Below, one piece after another: positions 1 to 10,973 of a stretch of 64,000 bases of DNA. The DNA comes from Sphyrna mokarran (taxonomy: Eukaryota): NCBI GenBank assembly GCA_024679065.1, contig JAGIQG010000015.1:26970001-27034000 (forward strand), given 5' to 3'. The notes beneath the pieces are model-generated. The model searched no databases. It saw only the letters and a list, made by a program, of their open reading frames with translations, and had not been told where the DNA came from. Within the stretch, counting starts at the first letter, position 1. Each line of letters begins with the position of its first letter. A program made the position numbers and the translations under genes.

Positions 1-759
1 TATGTAGCAGTGAGTGGGTGAAGCTACGTGGATCTCCTCTGAGCTGCACCATCCAGGAGATGATTGTTCACAATGCAACAACTTCTTTCAGCGATAAAGT
101 CTTTAACAAGCAACATCTTCCAGGATCAGGTCTTTTCACTGCCACAGGTACTGGTGGGCGACAAAGCTCTGTGCTGGAGAATGTTCATGTAAGAGAGAAT
201 TGAAGATGTTGGGGAGAGAGGGCATTGTGCAGGTCTGGAGGTGGCAGTGAGGTTGTGGGTGGTAGAAAAAGAGAGAGATGCTGTGGGAGTCATACATGAA
301 AGAGCTAGTACAGAAGACAAAGATGGAAAGAGCCATGTTGGAGTGTGGATGAGGATGGCACAGGGTGATGTAGGCATGAACGGGTATGGGCGAGTGTGTG
401 GATGTGAAGGCGCAAGGGGGTGTGAAGGGGCAAAGGTGGTCAATCTTCTTGCTCAATCTCCTGCTACTTGGTGAATTGATAACGTCTCTCCTGGTGTCCA
501 TTTGGTTAAACTGGCATCATCCAAGTTTAATATTGGAGTTCCTTGTCCTCCTCCGGCCATCTCCTCAACCAATGTTCTGGAGCTTACTGTTTGGCGCCTT
601 TTCAATGTGGTGTCCGGATATGAATGCAGGGAATCTGCTCCACTGCACAAAATGTTATCTAACCACTGACCACATATTCACGATACCATGCGAATTCCCA
701 GCAACATTCACGGCAGGAAATTCCCTGTTCCCAAGCTGGGTTCACTCAATCTGTGTAAC

Positions 760-1017
760 AGATCGTTATTAAAAGCTGTCTGGTTCACTCATTTCCTCTA
801 GGGAATGAAAGTTGCCTTCCCAGCTCTAGCTAGCCTCTATCTGACCCCAGCCTCTCAGCAAAGTAGTTGATGTATAACTCCTCTCAAAGTCGCCTAACAA
901 GCCACTCAGCTGTCTAGAATTTGGCTCACCATCATCTTACCGAGGGCAATTAAGGACGTGGCAGCAAATACTGCTCTTGTCAGCAATGCTCACATTGCAT
1001 TTATGAATAAAACAAAA
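760..1017 (+). mobile_element. 3' part of tRNA-derived SINE family B (GGGCAATAAATGCTGG-type tail)
   Basis: Similar to the 3' halves of 42755-43072 and 49573-49925 (TCTGGTTCACT..AGGGAA, A-rich end). Confidence 0.55.
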
Positions 1018-1169
1018 ATGTTGTATTGTGGAATCTTGTTATTAGGTAGCAATAGTCCAGGAGCACACTACAGCCAATTATAGCAGCCAGTAGTTACTGA
1101 CATTACTACTGCAGAACAATGATCATACGTAAATCTTTTCTCTTCTGTAACAGTTAATAAAAACGTGGT

Positions 1170-1320
1170 TAAAAACAGAAAGTGCTGGAAATACTTAGCA
1201 GATCTGACAGTATCTGTGGAGACAGAAAAACAGAGTTGATGGTTCAAATGTAATATGACTTTTCATCAGAGCTGCAGACACTGCCAGATACTGGTATTCC
1301 TGGAATTCTAGACTTTCATC
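1170..1320. mobile_element. Penelope-derived palindromic element fragment
   Basis: AAACAGAAAGTGCTGGAAATACTTAGCAGATCTGACAGTATCTGTGGAGA, homologous to 8772-9027; CTGATGA on the minus strand at 1263-1269. Confidence 0.6.
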
Positions 1321-1344
1321 TGTAATAAGTATTGGGTGTTGGAT

Positions 1345-1950
1345 TTATTCACTGCTGAATGGGGTGTCATTGACAAGGTCATCATTTATTGCCTATCTCT
1401 AATTGCCCTTGACGAGGTGGGAGTGAGTCACTTTTATTTTACTCTATTCTTAAAGTTACAAAGCCAATGCTCAGAGTGGACCCGGTAAACTCAAATCCAT
1501 TCCTCACTTGCCCCAAAAAACCAAATTCTAGATCCAATTGACTCCAATTCAAGATCCCCAAGAGGGAGATAAACAAGATCCAAGCTGACGAGATAAAAGC
1601 ATTGCGTCTCTGTAATGCTTGATCTAATGCTCGATCTCAGCTACCTCCTTAGTAAATGAGTGGCTTGCTTGGCCACTCATTGATTGTGGTTGAACCACAA
1701 TCTCCAGAGTCACATTTTGGTCAGATTGAGCAAGGAAGGCAGATTTCCATCGCTATAGGAAATGAGTGAAGCAGATGGGTTTCAATCTGCTCAACCCATT
1801 ATTACCATTACTGATATTAGAATGCCAGATCGAATTAACTAAATTGAAATTCCTCACTTGCTATGGTGGCAATTGAGCTCATAACTCCGGACCATTAGTC
1901 GAACCTCTAGATTACTGCTCCTGTAATGTAAGTGTTATGCTACTATTCCC
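1345..1950 (-). mobile_element. SINE family B copy interrupted by an insertion at ~1435-1645
   Basis: CATTTATTGCC..AATTGCCCTTGA tail and CAGATTTCC/CAGATGGGTTT body shared with 56478-56814. Confidence 0.55.
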
Positions 1951-2119
1951 ACAAATTATTCACATAAATTTTACATTGTGCATCTACATAAATTCTCTTT
2001 TTTTTGCAATCTGCTGCTGATCACAGTGCAAACTTGCCAGTTAGTGACACAACAGTGATTGAGATGAGTTAACTTGGATGAGGAACAAAAGGGGTTCAGT
2101 TTTAAAAGCATTTGCTTCT

Positions 2120-2516
2120 TTTTTTTCTATGCGTTCATGGGATGTGAGCGTTGCTAATTGGATCAGCATTTATTGCCCATCCCTCAGGGTATTTTAGAAT
2201 CAACCACATTGCTCTGGACCTGCAATCACATGTGGGCCAGACCAGGTAAGAATGGCAGATTTCCTTCCATTCAGGACATTAGTAAACCAGGTGGGGGTTT
2301 TTTTAATGAAAACTAGAGCATTAGATGGTCTCTGTCCCACCTGCTACAATTCATGTGGCAGGTGGGATGGGAAAATTCTGACCTTAATTTTAGACTTTTT
2401 TAAGAATCAAATTCAAATTTCACTATCCTCCATACTGGGATTTGAATTTGAGTTTTAGAGCATAACCCTCCTGCTTACTAGTCCACTGACAATTCCACTA
2501 CGCCATTGCCTCCCCC
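2120..2516 (-). mobile_element. SINE family B copy with a small internal insertion (~2325-2385)
   Basis: Reverse complement of the 42755/49573 elements; tRNA-like head ending GCCATTGCCTCCCC. Confidence 0.7.
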
Positions 2517-3383
2517 ATGATTAAAAGAGTGACTATGAAAAAGGTTAAGAAGGCTCTTAATGCTGAAATGCTACTAATAAACTTACTCTTACTATGGGAC
2601 TGTTATATCTCAAGATAGACACACTAAAAGCTAATTCCACTTCAATGATTTTTTTCAGCTCAATGTGTAGCAACATGCTATGCATAGAAAACAGTGTGCA
2701 TATTTATGTAACATTTCACTATGGCTATGGCTCATTGACTGGAGCAAAAGTTGGCTACGTTCCTTTATTAAAGCACTGAGATAAGGCACCTCTGTCCTTT
2801 TTATGTCAGAAAATAAAAGTTAAGGTTATTACCACACTCTCAAAGGGTACAATGCGTGACTCTCAATCTGGTCAATGAGATAATATGTATGAGTGGTCAC
2901 TGTAAATGCATCTGTCCTCTAAATATCCCAAAGGAACTAGTATAGTCAGGGTTGAAATCAATATATCCGTCAATCACTATCTTCCAAATGAGACATTTGG
3001 GAGATCTTTTCTGCCCATCCTCTGTTGTGGTCTGATCATTGAACTGATACACAACAAATTAGAAAATGGAACTGAAGCTGTAATAGTCCATTATGAAAAT
3101 ATCCAGTTCTCGTTTTCACTCGAGCAACTGCAACACACTCCAACTGTAATAATGTAATTTTATATTGGGAAATAATGGAAAATATAAATGACCATGAGAA
3201 GGCCAACTGACACATCCTTATCATTTAGCTCAATGACAGGGACCAATACAGACCAAGTTTTTGTCTCAGTGCTTTGATGAGTCCAAACAATTCTAAAAAC
3301 AATTATTGTGCACTGGTTTCTTCAACTTTCTCAATAATAAAACCATGAAAAGTGCCCTGCATTATTTTACACTAAGTGGCAGA

Positions 3384-3857
3384 ACCAAAGGACAAGAACA
3401 AAGAAAATTACAGCTCAGGAATAGGATCTTCGGCTCTCCAACTCTGCACCAACCATGATGCTCATCTGAACAAACCGCACACCATCCGCCCCCACCTTTC
3501 ATCCTTCCAGGCACAATATCCCTCTATTCCCAGCCTGTTCACTTATTTGTCAAGTCACCCTTTAAAAGTCACAATTATTTCTGCTTCCACTACCTCACCT
3601 GGCAGCAAGTTTCAGGCACCCACCATGCTATGGGTAAAAAATGTAGCCTCATACATCTCCTTTCAACCTTGCGCCTCGTCCCTTAAATCTAGTAATTGGG
3701 GAAAAGCTTCTGACTATCCACTCTGTCCATGTCCCTCATAATCTTGTAGATTTCTATCAGGTTGCACTCAACCTCCGTAACTCAAGTGAGAACAAACCAA
3801 GTTTCTCCAATCTCTCCCCATAGCTAATGCTACATCCTGGTAAATCTTTTCTGCCCC
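3384..3857 (-). mobile_element. CR1 LINE 3' fragment
   Basis: Reverse complement of a CR1 ORF2 C-terminus/3' UTR with TTCTTTG tail. Confidence 0.75.
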
Positions 3858-3859
3858 CT

Positions 3860-4567
3860 TAGAAGAATCACCATGCAAAGGAATCTAGGCATTCAGGTTC
3901 ACAGTTCCCTGAAAGTGGCAACACAAATGGATCACGTGGTCAAGAAGAGATATGCTAGTCTTCACTGGTTGGGGCATAGAGTGTACAAATTGGCAAGTCA
4001 TATTGCTGCTAATATAGAACTTTAGTTGGGCCATGTTTGGAACATTGCATACAGTTCTGTTGCCACACTACCAGAAGGATGTGGAGGCTTTGGAGAGGGT
4101 ACAGAAAAGATTTATCAGGGTGTTATCTGGTTTGAAGGGTATTATCAATGAGGAGAGGTTGGAGAAACTTGATTTGTTTTCACTCGAATGTCAGAGGCTG
4201 AGGGGCAACCTGATAGAAGTTTACAAAGTTATAGAGATATCGATTGAGTGTATAATTGGAGTCTTTATCCCAGAGTACAAAAATGTCAATCACTAGGAGA
4301 TATAGGTTTTAAGGTAAAAGTGTGAAAGTTTAAGGGAGAGGAGAGGCAGGTTTTTTTTTACACAGAGGGTGGTAAGTATCTGGAATGCACTGCCAGAAAA
4401 GGTGGTAGAACAGATACAATAGCAATGTTTAAGAGGCATTTTGACAGATACATGAATACACAGGTAATAGAGGGATAGGGAGTGAATAGAGGCAAAACGT
4501 TTTCAGTTTACAAACATTTCATGTGTTGGTGCAGGCTTGGTGAACAGCTGTACTGTTCTTTGTTCTG
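3860..4567 (+). mobile_element. CR1 LINE 3' fragment
   Basis: PHYQKDVEALERVQKRFIRVL...RLRGNLIEVYK; 3' UTR and GTTCTTTGTTC tail. Confidence 0.88.
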
Positions 4568-5505
4568 TAACAATATGCTGCATATAAAAATATCTTTGTT
4601 GTATAGTTCTATAGTGTCAGGTTTCTCCAAAGTTCATTGTTAGTGAGTGCAACTTTATGTAAAAGAATTATTATGCAAATGGTTATGGTTATGAGTGTTC
4701 ATTTAATCGCTCATCCAGGCATCTGAGCTCCATCATTTCCTTTCAATATCGGAGGAGATGGACAAATTTATGGCACTTTGCTAAGCGAAACTGAGAAATA
4801 TTTGTGTTCACCTTGTTGAATATCTTCTTAAATGGATATTACTGTAATAGAGCGTGCAGACTGGAACAAAAGGATTGATGGTCCAAAGCCACAAGTTGAC
4901 TATTAGGAACAATTAAGCATACTCAGCTCTAAATCTTAAGTCAGTTTTGAAAGGCATGGAGTATGCATAATGAATGTACAAAGCAAATGGTAATAGATTT
5001 ATTCTACAAATGCTACAGAACATGAATAACAGTCAGTATTTCACCATTACCCTTCACTTATTCAATTTACACCAAAAACAGTAATTAGCTAGCATTATGT
5101 TGATTATAATGCTAATTATCTACATAAGCCAATGATGATATCTACATTACTTGCATCTCAATGAACAATTGAGCCGGAATCTTACCACCATTCACACCGG
5201 AAAGATTTTCCCACCTGCTGCAGTGAACTGAAATTTGGCTGCCTGACATGGTGCAGCAGGAGTGCAAATGCCTGACCGGCTGGTAAGATTGCACCCTTGA
5301 TGAGAATATCAATAGTACCAGCAACATCCTAGGGTTGCCATTCACTGGAAAGCACTACTGTTCTCTCCAAACCAATGCTATGATAATTGGAGCAGACCAA
5401 AGCCATGGCTTACCTCAGCCTCTCTATGATCCATTAGGTTATAGTCAGGGCTGTAATGGAATAGTCTCCACTTGCCTGAATAGGTACAACTGTACATAAC
5501 AAACA

Positions 5506-5597
5506 CAATGGTGGAGAAAGTAAACATTTACAAGAGGCACAACACCACAGAAAGAGAATCAGCAGCCTATTGTAAATGTTTACTCTCTCCACCATTG
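5506..5597. repeat. Inverted repeat, 33-bp arms (2 mismatches), 26-nt spacer
   Basis: caatggtggagaaagtaaacatttacaagaggc / gcctattgtaaatgtttactctctccaccattg. Confidence 0.92.
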
Positions 5598-5616
5598 GTG
5601 CATTCATTAAATTATA

Positions 5617-5962
5617 CAATCTCTCCAGTGCAGAAGGAGATCATTCGGCCCATCGAATCTGCACTGACTCTGACAGAATATCTTACTCAAGCTCCTTCCC
5701 CCAACTTATTCCCAAAAACCCACACAATTACCATGGCAAATCCATCTAATGTACACATCTTGGCACTTTAAGGAACAATTTAGCATGGTGAATCCAACTA
5801 ACCTACACATCTTTGGGCTGTGGGAGGAAACCAGCGCACCCAGAAGGTACCCACACAGACATGGGAAGAATGTGCAGACTGCACACAGACAGTCACCCGT
5901 GGTTGGAATCGAACCTGGGTCCCTGGCACTGTGAGGTAGCAGTGCTAACCATGCCATCATGT
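5617..5962 (-). mobile_element. HE1-like V-SINE (CR1-type tail)
   Basis: tRNA-like head (TGGTTAGCAC, GGTTCGATTCC), V-domain GGGTGCGCTGGTTTCCTCCCAC, CR1-like tail. Confidence 0.85.
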
Positions 5963-7159
5963 CATGCACTGTGGCTCCAGTGTATCCTATCTACAAGATA
6001 CACACTTCATCAACTTACCAAGGCTTCTTCAAGATCATTTCCCAAACCTGTGACCTTCAACAACTAGAAGGCCTATAGCAGGAAATAAGTAGGAACGCCA
6101 TCACATGCAAGACGCACCATTCCAACATGGACCTGGTCATTCCTTCAATGTCACTTGAACTCCCTATCTAATAGCACTATGAGAGCATCAGTGCTATATT
6201 GACCAAAGCTGGTTCAAGAAGGGGATCCACCACCTTTGAAGGCAAACATTTTTTTTTCCTTTTTTATTCACTTATGGATGTGGACATCACTGGCTGTCCA
6301 GCATTTATTGCCCATCCTTGATTGCCCGTGAGAAGATAGAAGCGAGCTACCTTCTTGAACTGTTGCACTCGGCAATAAATGCTGACTTTGCGAGCAATGC
6401 TCATTTCCTGAAAATATAACAAAAAAAAAGCACTGAAGCAATTACATGCCAAGAGCATCTCTATTACTTATTAATCAGAATTTTTTAGTGCATCTTAGAA
6501 ATAAAAGTATTGAACAGGATACCAGCAAAAGCCAGTCTAAAATTTGCTGAATACAGCTCCAGCTAGAACTTGGAGCCCATCCTTGTTGCATCATAAATTG
6601 CCTGAAGTCTTGTAATTGTTTAACACCTACACTATTTGCATACTGACTTTTCCCTAATGTGAAATAAATACGACAACACAATCACTAATGAAATAACTAG
6701 CATTTGCACTGTAATATATACACATACCTTCATATTCTTGAAGCCAGTGACAAATCCACACCCTGTCTTATGCAGCGGGTAAATATATTCCTTGCAGGGT
6801 TTTGTTTTGTGCGGTCTATCTTTCTTTGCGGCAATGAAATTGTATGATTGCTTTTGCAGAGGTAAATTAAGTGAGCATTCACAGCCATAAGCATTTAAGC
6901 GTTAACCCTTTTAAACAAAATTTCACTTTTATTGCTAGCAGAATCCATCAGTCACACCAGGTTTCAATCCATCCACAATTCCTCATCATGCTCGCTCAGC
7001 AGTACAGAATGAAGGCCTGACACCAGCCATTAAAACGATATATGTCTATGCAGTTTCTGCATTGTATGTAATAAAGTGAAGTGCAAGAATGATAGGAAAC
7101 CATGTGAAAACAAACATGATTGTGACACATACAAGTCCGTTACCATAATCATAACCTTA

Positions 7160-7590
7160 ACTTGGTGGAGGATTCTAGAACCAGGAACATAGGTTCAAGA
7201 TAAGTGGCAGTAGGCATAGAGGGGACATGAGAAACAATCTTTTTATGCAAAGGGTGGTGAGTATCTGGAATCCGCAGCCTGATTTGGTGGTGGAGGCAGA
7301 GACCCTAAACTCTTTTAAAATATTCCTGGAACTGCATCTTAAGTGTTGTAAGCTGCAGGGAGCTGTGGGCCAGGTGCAATAAGGTAAGATTGCGATTAGA
7401 AAGGGCGCCTGGGTGTTTGCGGGCTGACAAAAATAAATCGGTTGGATTTAAAACTGGTGTTGCAGACTTCTTACTGTGTTTACCCCAGTCCATCGCTGGC
7501 ATCTCTACATCATGTTTGCGGGCTGGCATGGGCAAGATGGACCAAATAGCCTCATTCTGTGCTGTAACTTTTCTCTGGTTCTATGGTTCC
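7160..7590 (+). mobile_element. CR1 3' end containing a Penelope-derived insert (7425-7513)
   Basis: CR1 3' UTR motifs and TTCTATGG tail; insert matches the right arm of the 30128/32068 elements. Confidence 0.75.
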
Positions 7591-8771
7591 AGTATCGTAA
7601 CAAATTGCACCCATTACTGTTTGCTTCAGGACTAATGCAGTATAAAATAAACTAAACAATTGAAAGCAACAAATCAATAATTAATCAATTCAGATTCTAG
7701 AGTCCTAACTCATTCAATTCCGTGGCAATCATAAGCCAATATACCGTCTGCATTTCATTTCCAGTAGAGCATCTTTCTCAGTTTTTGCTTTTGAGTCAAT
7801 CAGACACCCATTAAAGTTTAAAAGTTTATTTATTAGTGTCACAAGCAGGCTTATGTTAACACTGCAATGAAGTTACTGTGAAAATGGTGTTTGTGAAAAA
7901 AACTAGTGCTTGACTGGACAGAGAAGGAAACTGCCCTGAAGCAAATGCCAAAGTCAAATGTGCCAGAAGCTTGGGGTCCACCCATTGATCAGATCTTGAA
8001 AAGCAACCAACTGCTTTGCTCCTTGACAACTGTTTGGAATTGCACTGCACATAAACAAACTTATGTGGGCCAAAACAAACCCTGTGTGCAGCAAAGATTT
8101 CAGGACAACAGTTTGCTATAGCTCCTTAATAGGAAATGCCTAGTGTTGCAAGATCACTCGGAGGCTACCAAGAGATCTCAATGTCAAAATGTCCAGTATG
8201 CTGTGATTCATCATCAAACAACAGCAACATCACAAGTACCCATTTGGCTACACTGATAACTTAATGAAATTCATGAGCATTTAACCTGTGTCCAATAACC
8301 CCAGTGTGGAATGAAAAGATTCAAAAACAATTCTAGTGAAACCCACAGGACTGATAAAGACAAGATCCACAATGGTATTAACCCGCGTGACCAACGGAAC
8401 AAAGTTAAAGCCAATGGCAACTTTCAAAAGGAAAGCCGTGTCAAAATTCTAGTTCCCTGCAGTAGTTTTTGTGTGCGTCAGTGACAAGAGTTAAATGGAT
8501 GTGGATAGAGTGAGGTGACAAATGTGTGGAATAGGCATTCCAATGACCTGTGTAAAGAACGCAGCTCGTCAGTGTATAACATGTTCAAATCCCACATCAA
8601 AACTCGTACAAAGAGATAATACCCAAATTATCTACACTGAGGGTCGAACATCCATGATTAAACCTCTGAATGTGTGCCTCAGCAATCCAAGGATCATGTT
8701 CCTGTCAAATAGAACAGTGGATAGTCGATGGGGGAAAAGCTTTCACTAAGAATGGAAATATATATATTTAA

Positions 8772-9027
8772 TAAAAGCAAATTACTGCGAGCGCTGGAAC
8801 CTGAAACCAAAACAGAAAATGCTGGAAAATCTCAGTAGGTCTGGCAGCATCTGTAAGGAGAGAAAAGAGCTGACGTTTCTAGTCCTGATAACCTTCTGTC
8901 AAAGCTAAAAGGATTTCTATGCCTTTTGGCTTTAACAAAGGGTCATCTGGACTCAAAATGTCAGCAGTTTTCTCTTCTTATAGATGCTGTCAGACTTGCT
9001 GAGATATTCCAGCGTTTCCTCTTTCGT
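8772..9027. mobile_element. Palindromic Penelope-derived (foldback) element
   Basis: Imperfect inverted arms ~8815-8912 / 8922-9018; flanked by AAATATATA on both sides. Confidence 0.75.
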
Positions 9028-9135
9028 AAATATATACACCACTCCACTTGATAATTTGCGTGGTTTTGATTGGACAGACTCAGACTTTTTTTTATCTGCT
9101 GAAGTAAGAGTTAACTGAAACATTCAAGATCCGTA

Positions 9136-9432
9136 AGGTGTTACAGTGGTTAACATTGCTGCCTCACAGCGCCAATGACCTGGGTTCAATTCCTGGCTTG
9201 GGCCACTGTCTGTGTGAAGTCTGTATGGTCTCGTCGAATCTCTGTGGGTTTCCTCTGGTTGTTTTGGTTTTCTCCCATAGTCCAAAAGATGAGCTGGTTA
9301 GGTGTGTTGGCCGTGCTAAATTCTCCCTCCGTGTACCTGGACAGGCACCCCCGAGTGTGGTGACTAAAGGATTTTCACAATAACTTCACTGAAAGTCTAT
9401 TTGGAACACTAAGAAATAAACTTTAAACTTTA
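9136..9432 (+). mobile_element. V-SINE with alternative (non-CR1) tail
   Basis: HE1-like head and V-domain, then TTCACAATAACTTCA...AATAAACTTTAAACTTTA tail. Confidence 0.82.
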
Positions 9433-9489
9433 AGATCCTGCTGGGGTCTTTCTTCAGAGTGCATTTTCAGGAATATTTTCTCTTGTGGC

Positions 9490-9975
9490 AGAATCTAGAA
9501 TTGGGGTCATTCTTTAAAAATAAGAATTTGCACATTTAAGACAGAGATGAAAAGAATTATTTTTTTCTCAGAGGGGATCTCTTTCAAGGCACCAAACAAG
9601 TAAACAAACTCAAATTAACTTTGGGACAAATTAAAAGGGGCAGCCCCCCCAAAAAGGAAGGGGGGACGGCCCGAACAAAAACAAAATCAAAAGGAAATTA
9701 AAACATTAAATTAAAATGTGATTGTTGGGGTCCATAATGCACCCCTGCCGCTGTGATGCCCAGCGGGCGCAGAATTTTCTGTCAGAGGGTAGTGAGTCTT
9801 CATAGCCAATGTAAGCAGAGTTCTTGAATGTATTTCAGATAGATATTTGACAAACAAAGAAATGAAAGATTATCAGGGTAGACAGGAGGTTACAATCAAA
9901 TCAGTCATGATCTTTTTGAATTGCGGAACAGGTTCAAGGGACTGAATGGCTTATTCCTTCTCCAAGTTCAAATGT
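9490..9975 (+). mobile_element. CR1 3' end with a nested minus-strand Tx1/L1-like 3' end (9575-9770)
   Basis: CR1 3' UTR split by an insert flanked by AGAATT..TCAGAGGG repeats; insert is homologous to 23240-23500. Confidence 0.6.
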
Positions 9976-10552
9976 CAGCAAATCATAGGATGCTGTCATG
10001 CACAAAATGTCATTAGATCATTCAAAGAATATGGAATATCCAAATTAATAGACAGAGAAGAAACTCATTTGTTTTGGAGGAATGATTAAGAAATAAAATG
10101 TGTTACATCTGATCCAGAGTGAGAAGATCCTTACAATGCTACCATAGCCAAAGTGATTCAAAATGAATTCAATAAGCTCTTTGCATTGGATGCCAAGAAA
10201 AGTAAATGAATAGGTTTTAAAATGTGTTTCTTGTAGTTAAAGTTACTGTAGTATAATCAATTTATTCAATAAAGCGCGCCACACCAATTTAATATGAATT
10301 ACTAGTGTTAGTCACATTGGAGATTCACAATTTAAACTCAGTGTGTAAGTCAACCCAATTTTTGGAATGATACTTGGAAGATTCAAAGGTCAGTCATCTG
10401 TTGACATCTCTTCCCCCCAATAAAAAAAATTAGTGCAGTTAGGAAAAAGCCAACACCGAGAAAACCCTAAATCTGTGTTAGCAGTAGTAGTGGAGAGCAC
10501 TTCAGAAACTTTCAGAACATTACCATTTGCTAAGGTCCAGAAAACAAAACAC

Positions 10553-10973
10553 TAGGCTCAATGGTAGCACTGGGGCAGCAGATAAAACACAATACAGAAG
10601 ATTCTGGCTTTAAACTCCACCCCCAGCCTTCAGCACATAACTTGACTTAACACATTTGCAAAGCGGAGGACTGCACAGAAATGAAACTTTTGAATGAGTA
10701 AGGATTTCTTTACCCTCTCAGTTGGATATCAACTATCCTGTGAAAATATTTAAAGAGGAAAGGTCTTCTCTTTGTATTCTAGCTAATACTTATCTTTCAA
10801 CCAATGCCACTTCAGCAGTGAATCTATATATCTGCCTCACTGTTCTTTGTGGGACATCGCTTTGCATTAATTGGCCTTGGTCTGATTGCACTTAATTGTA
10901 GTTAATTGGCTATGAAGTACTTTGGGATGTATTTATATGAGAGGCATTATCAAAATGTAAGTTTGTCCTTTCT
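10553..10973 (+). mobile_element. SacSINE1/AmnSINE-like Deu-SINE
   Basis: tRNA-like head GGCTCAATGGTAGCAC, Deu-like core CCCTCTCAGTTGGAT.., L2-type tail AAGTACTTTGGGATG..GGCATTATCAAAATGTAAG. Confidence 0.65.

Larger units (their letters stand above)
5430..6428 (+). mobile_element. 3' fragment of a second non-LTR LINE family (tail partner of SINE family B), interrupted by a hairpin, a V-SINE and an inverted tail copy
   Basis: Homologous to 62200-62560 (ATCTACAAGAT..CAACTT.CCAAG..GTTCAAGAAGG); ends GGCAATAAATGCTG..poly-A. Confidence 0.6.

Noticed and set aside
1-750. Overlapping ORFs at the window start
   Set aside because: Purine-rich low-complexity sequence, probably a decayed transposon interior; no motif could be assigned.
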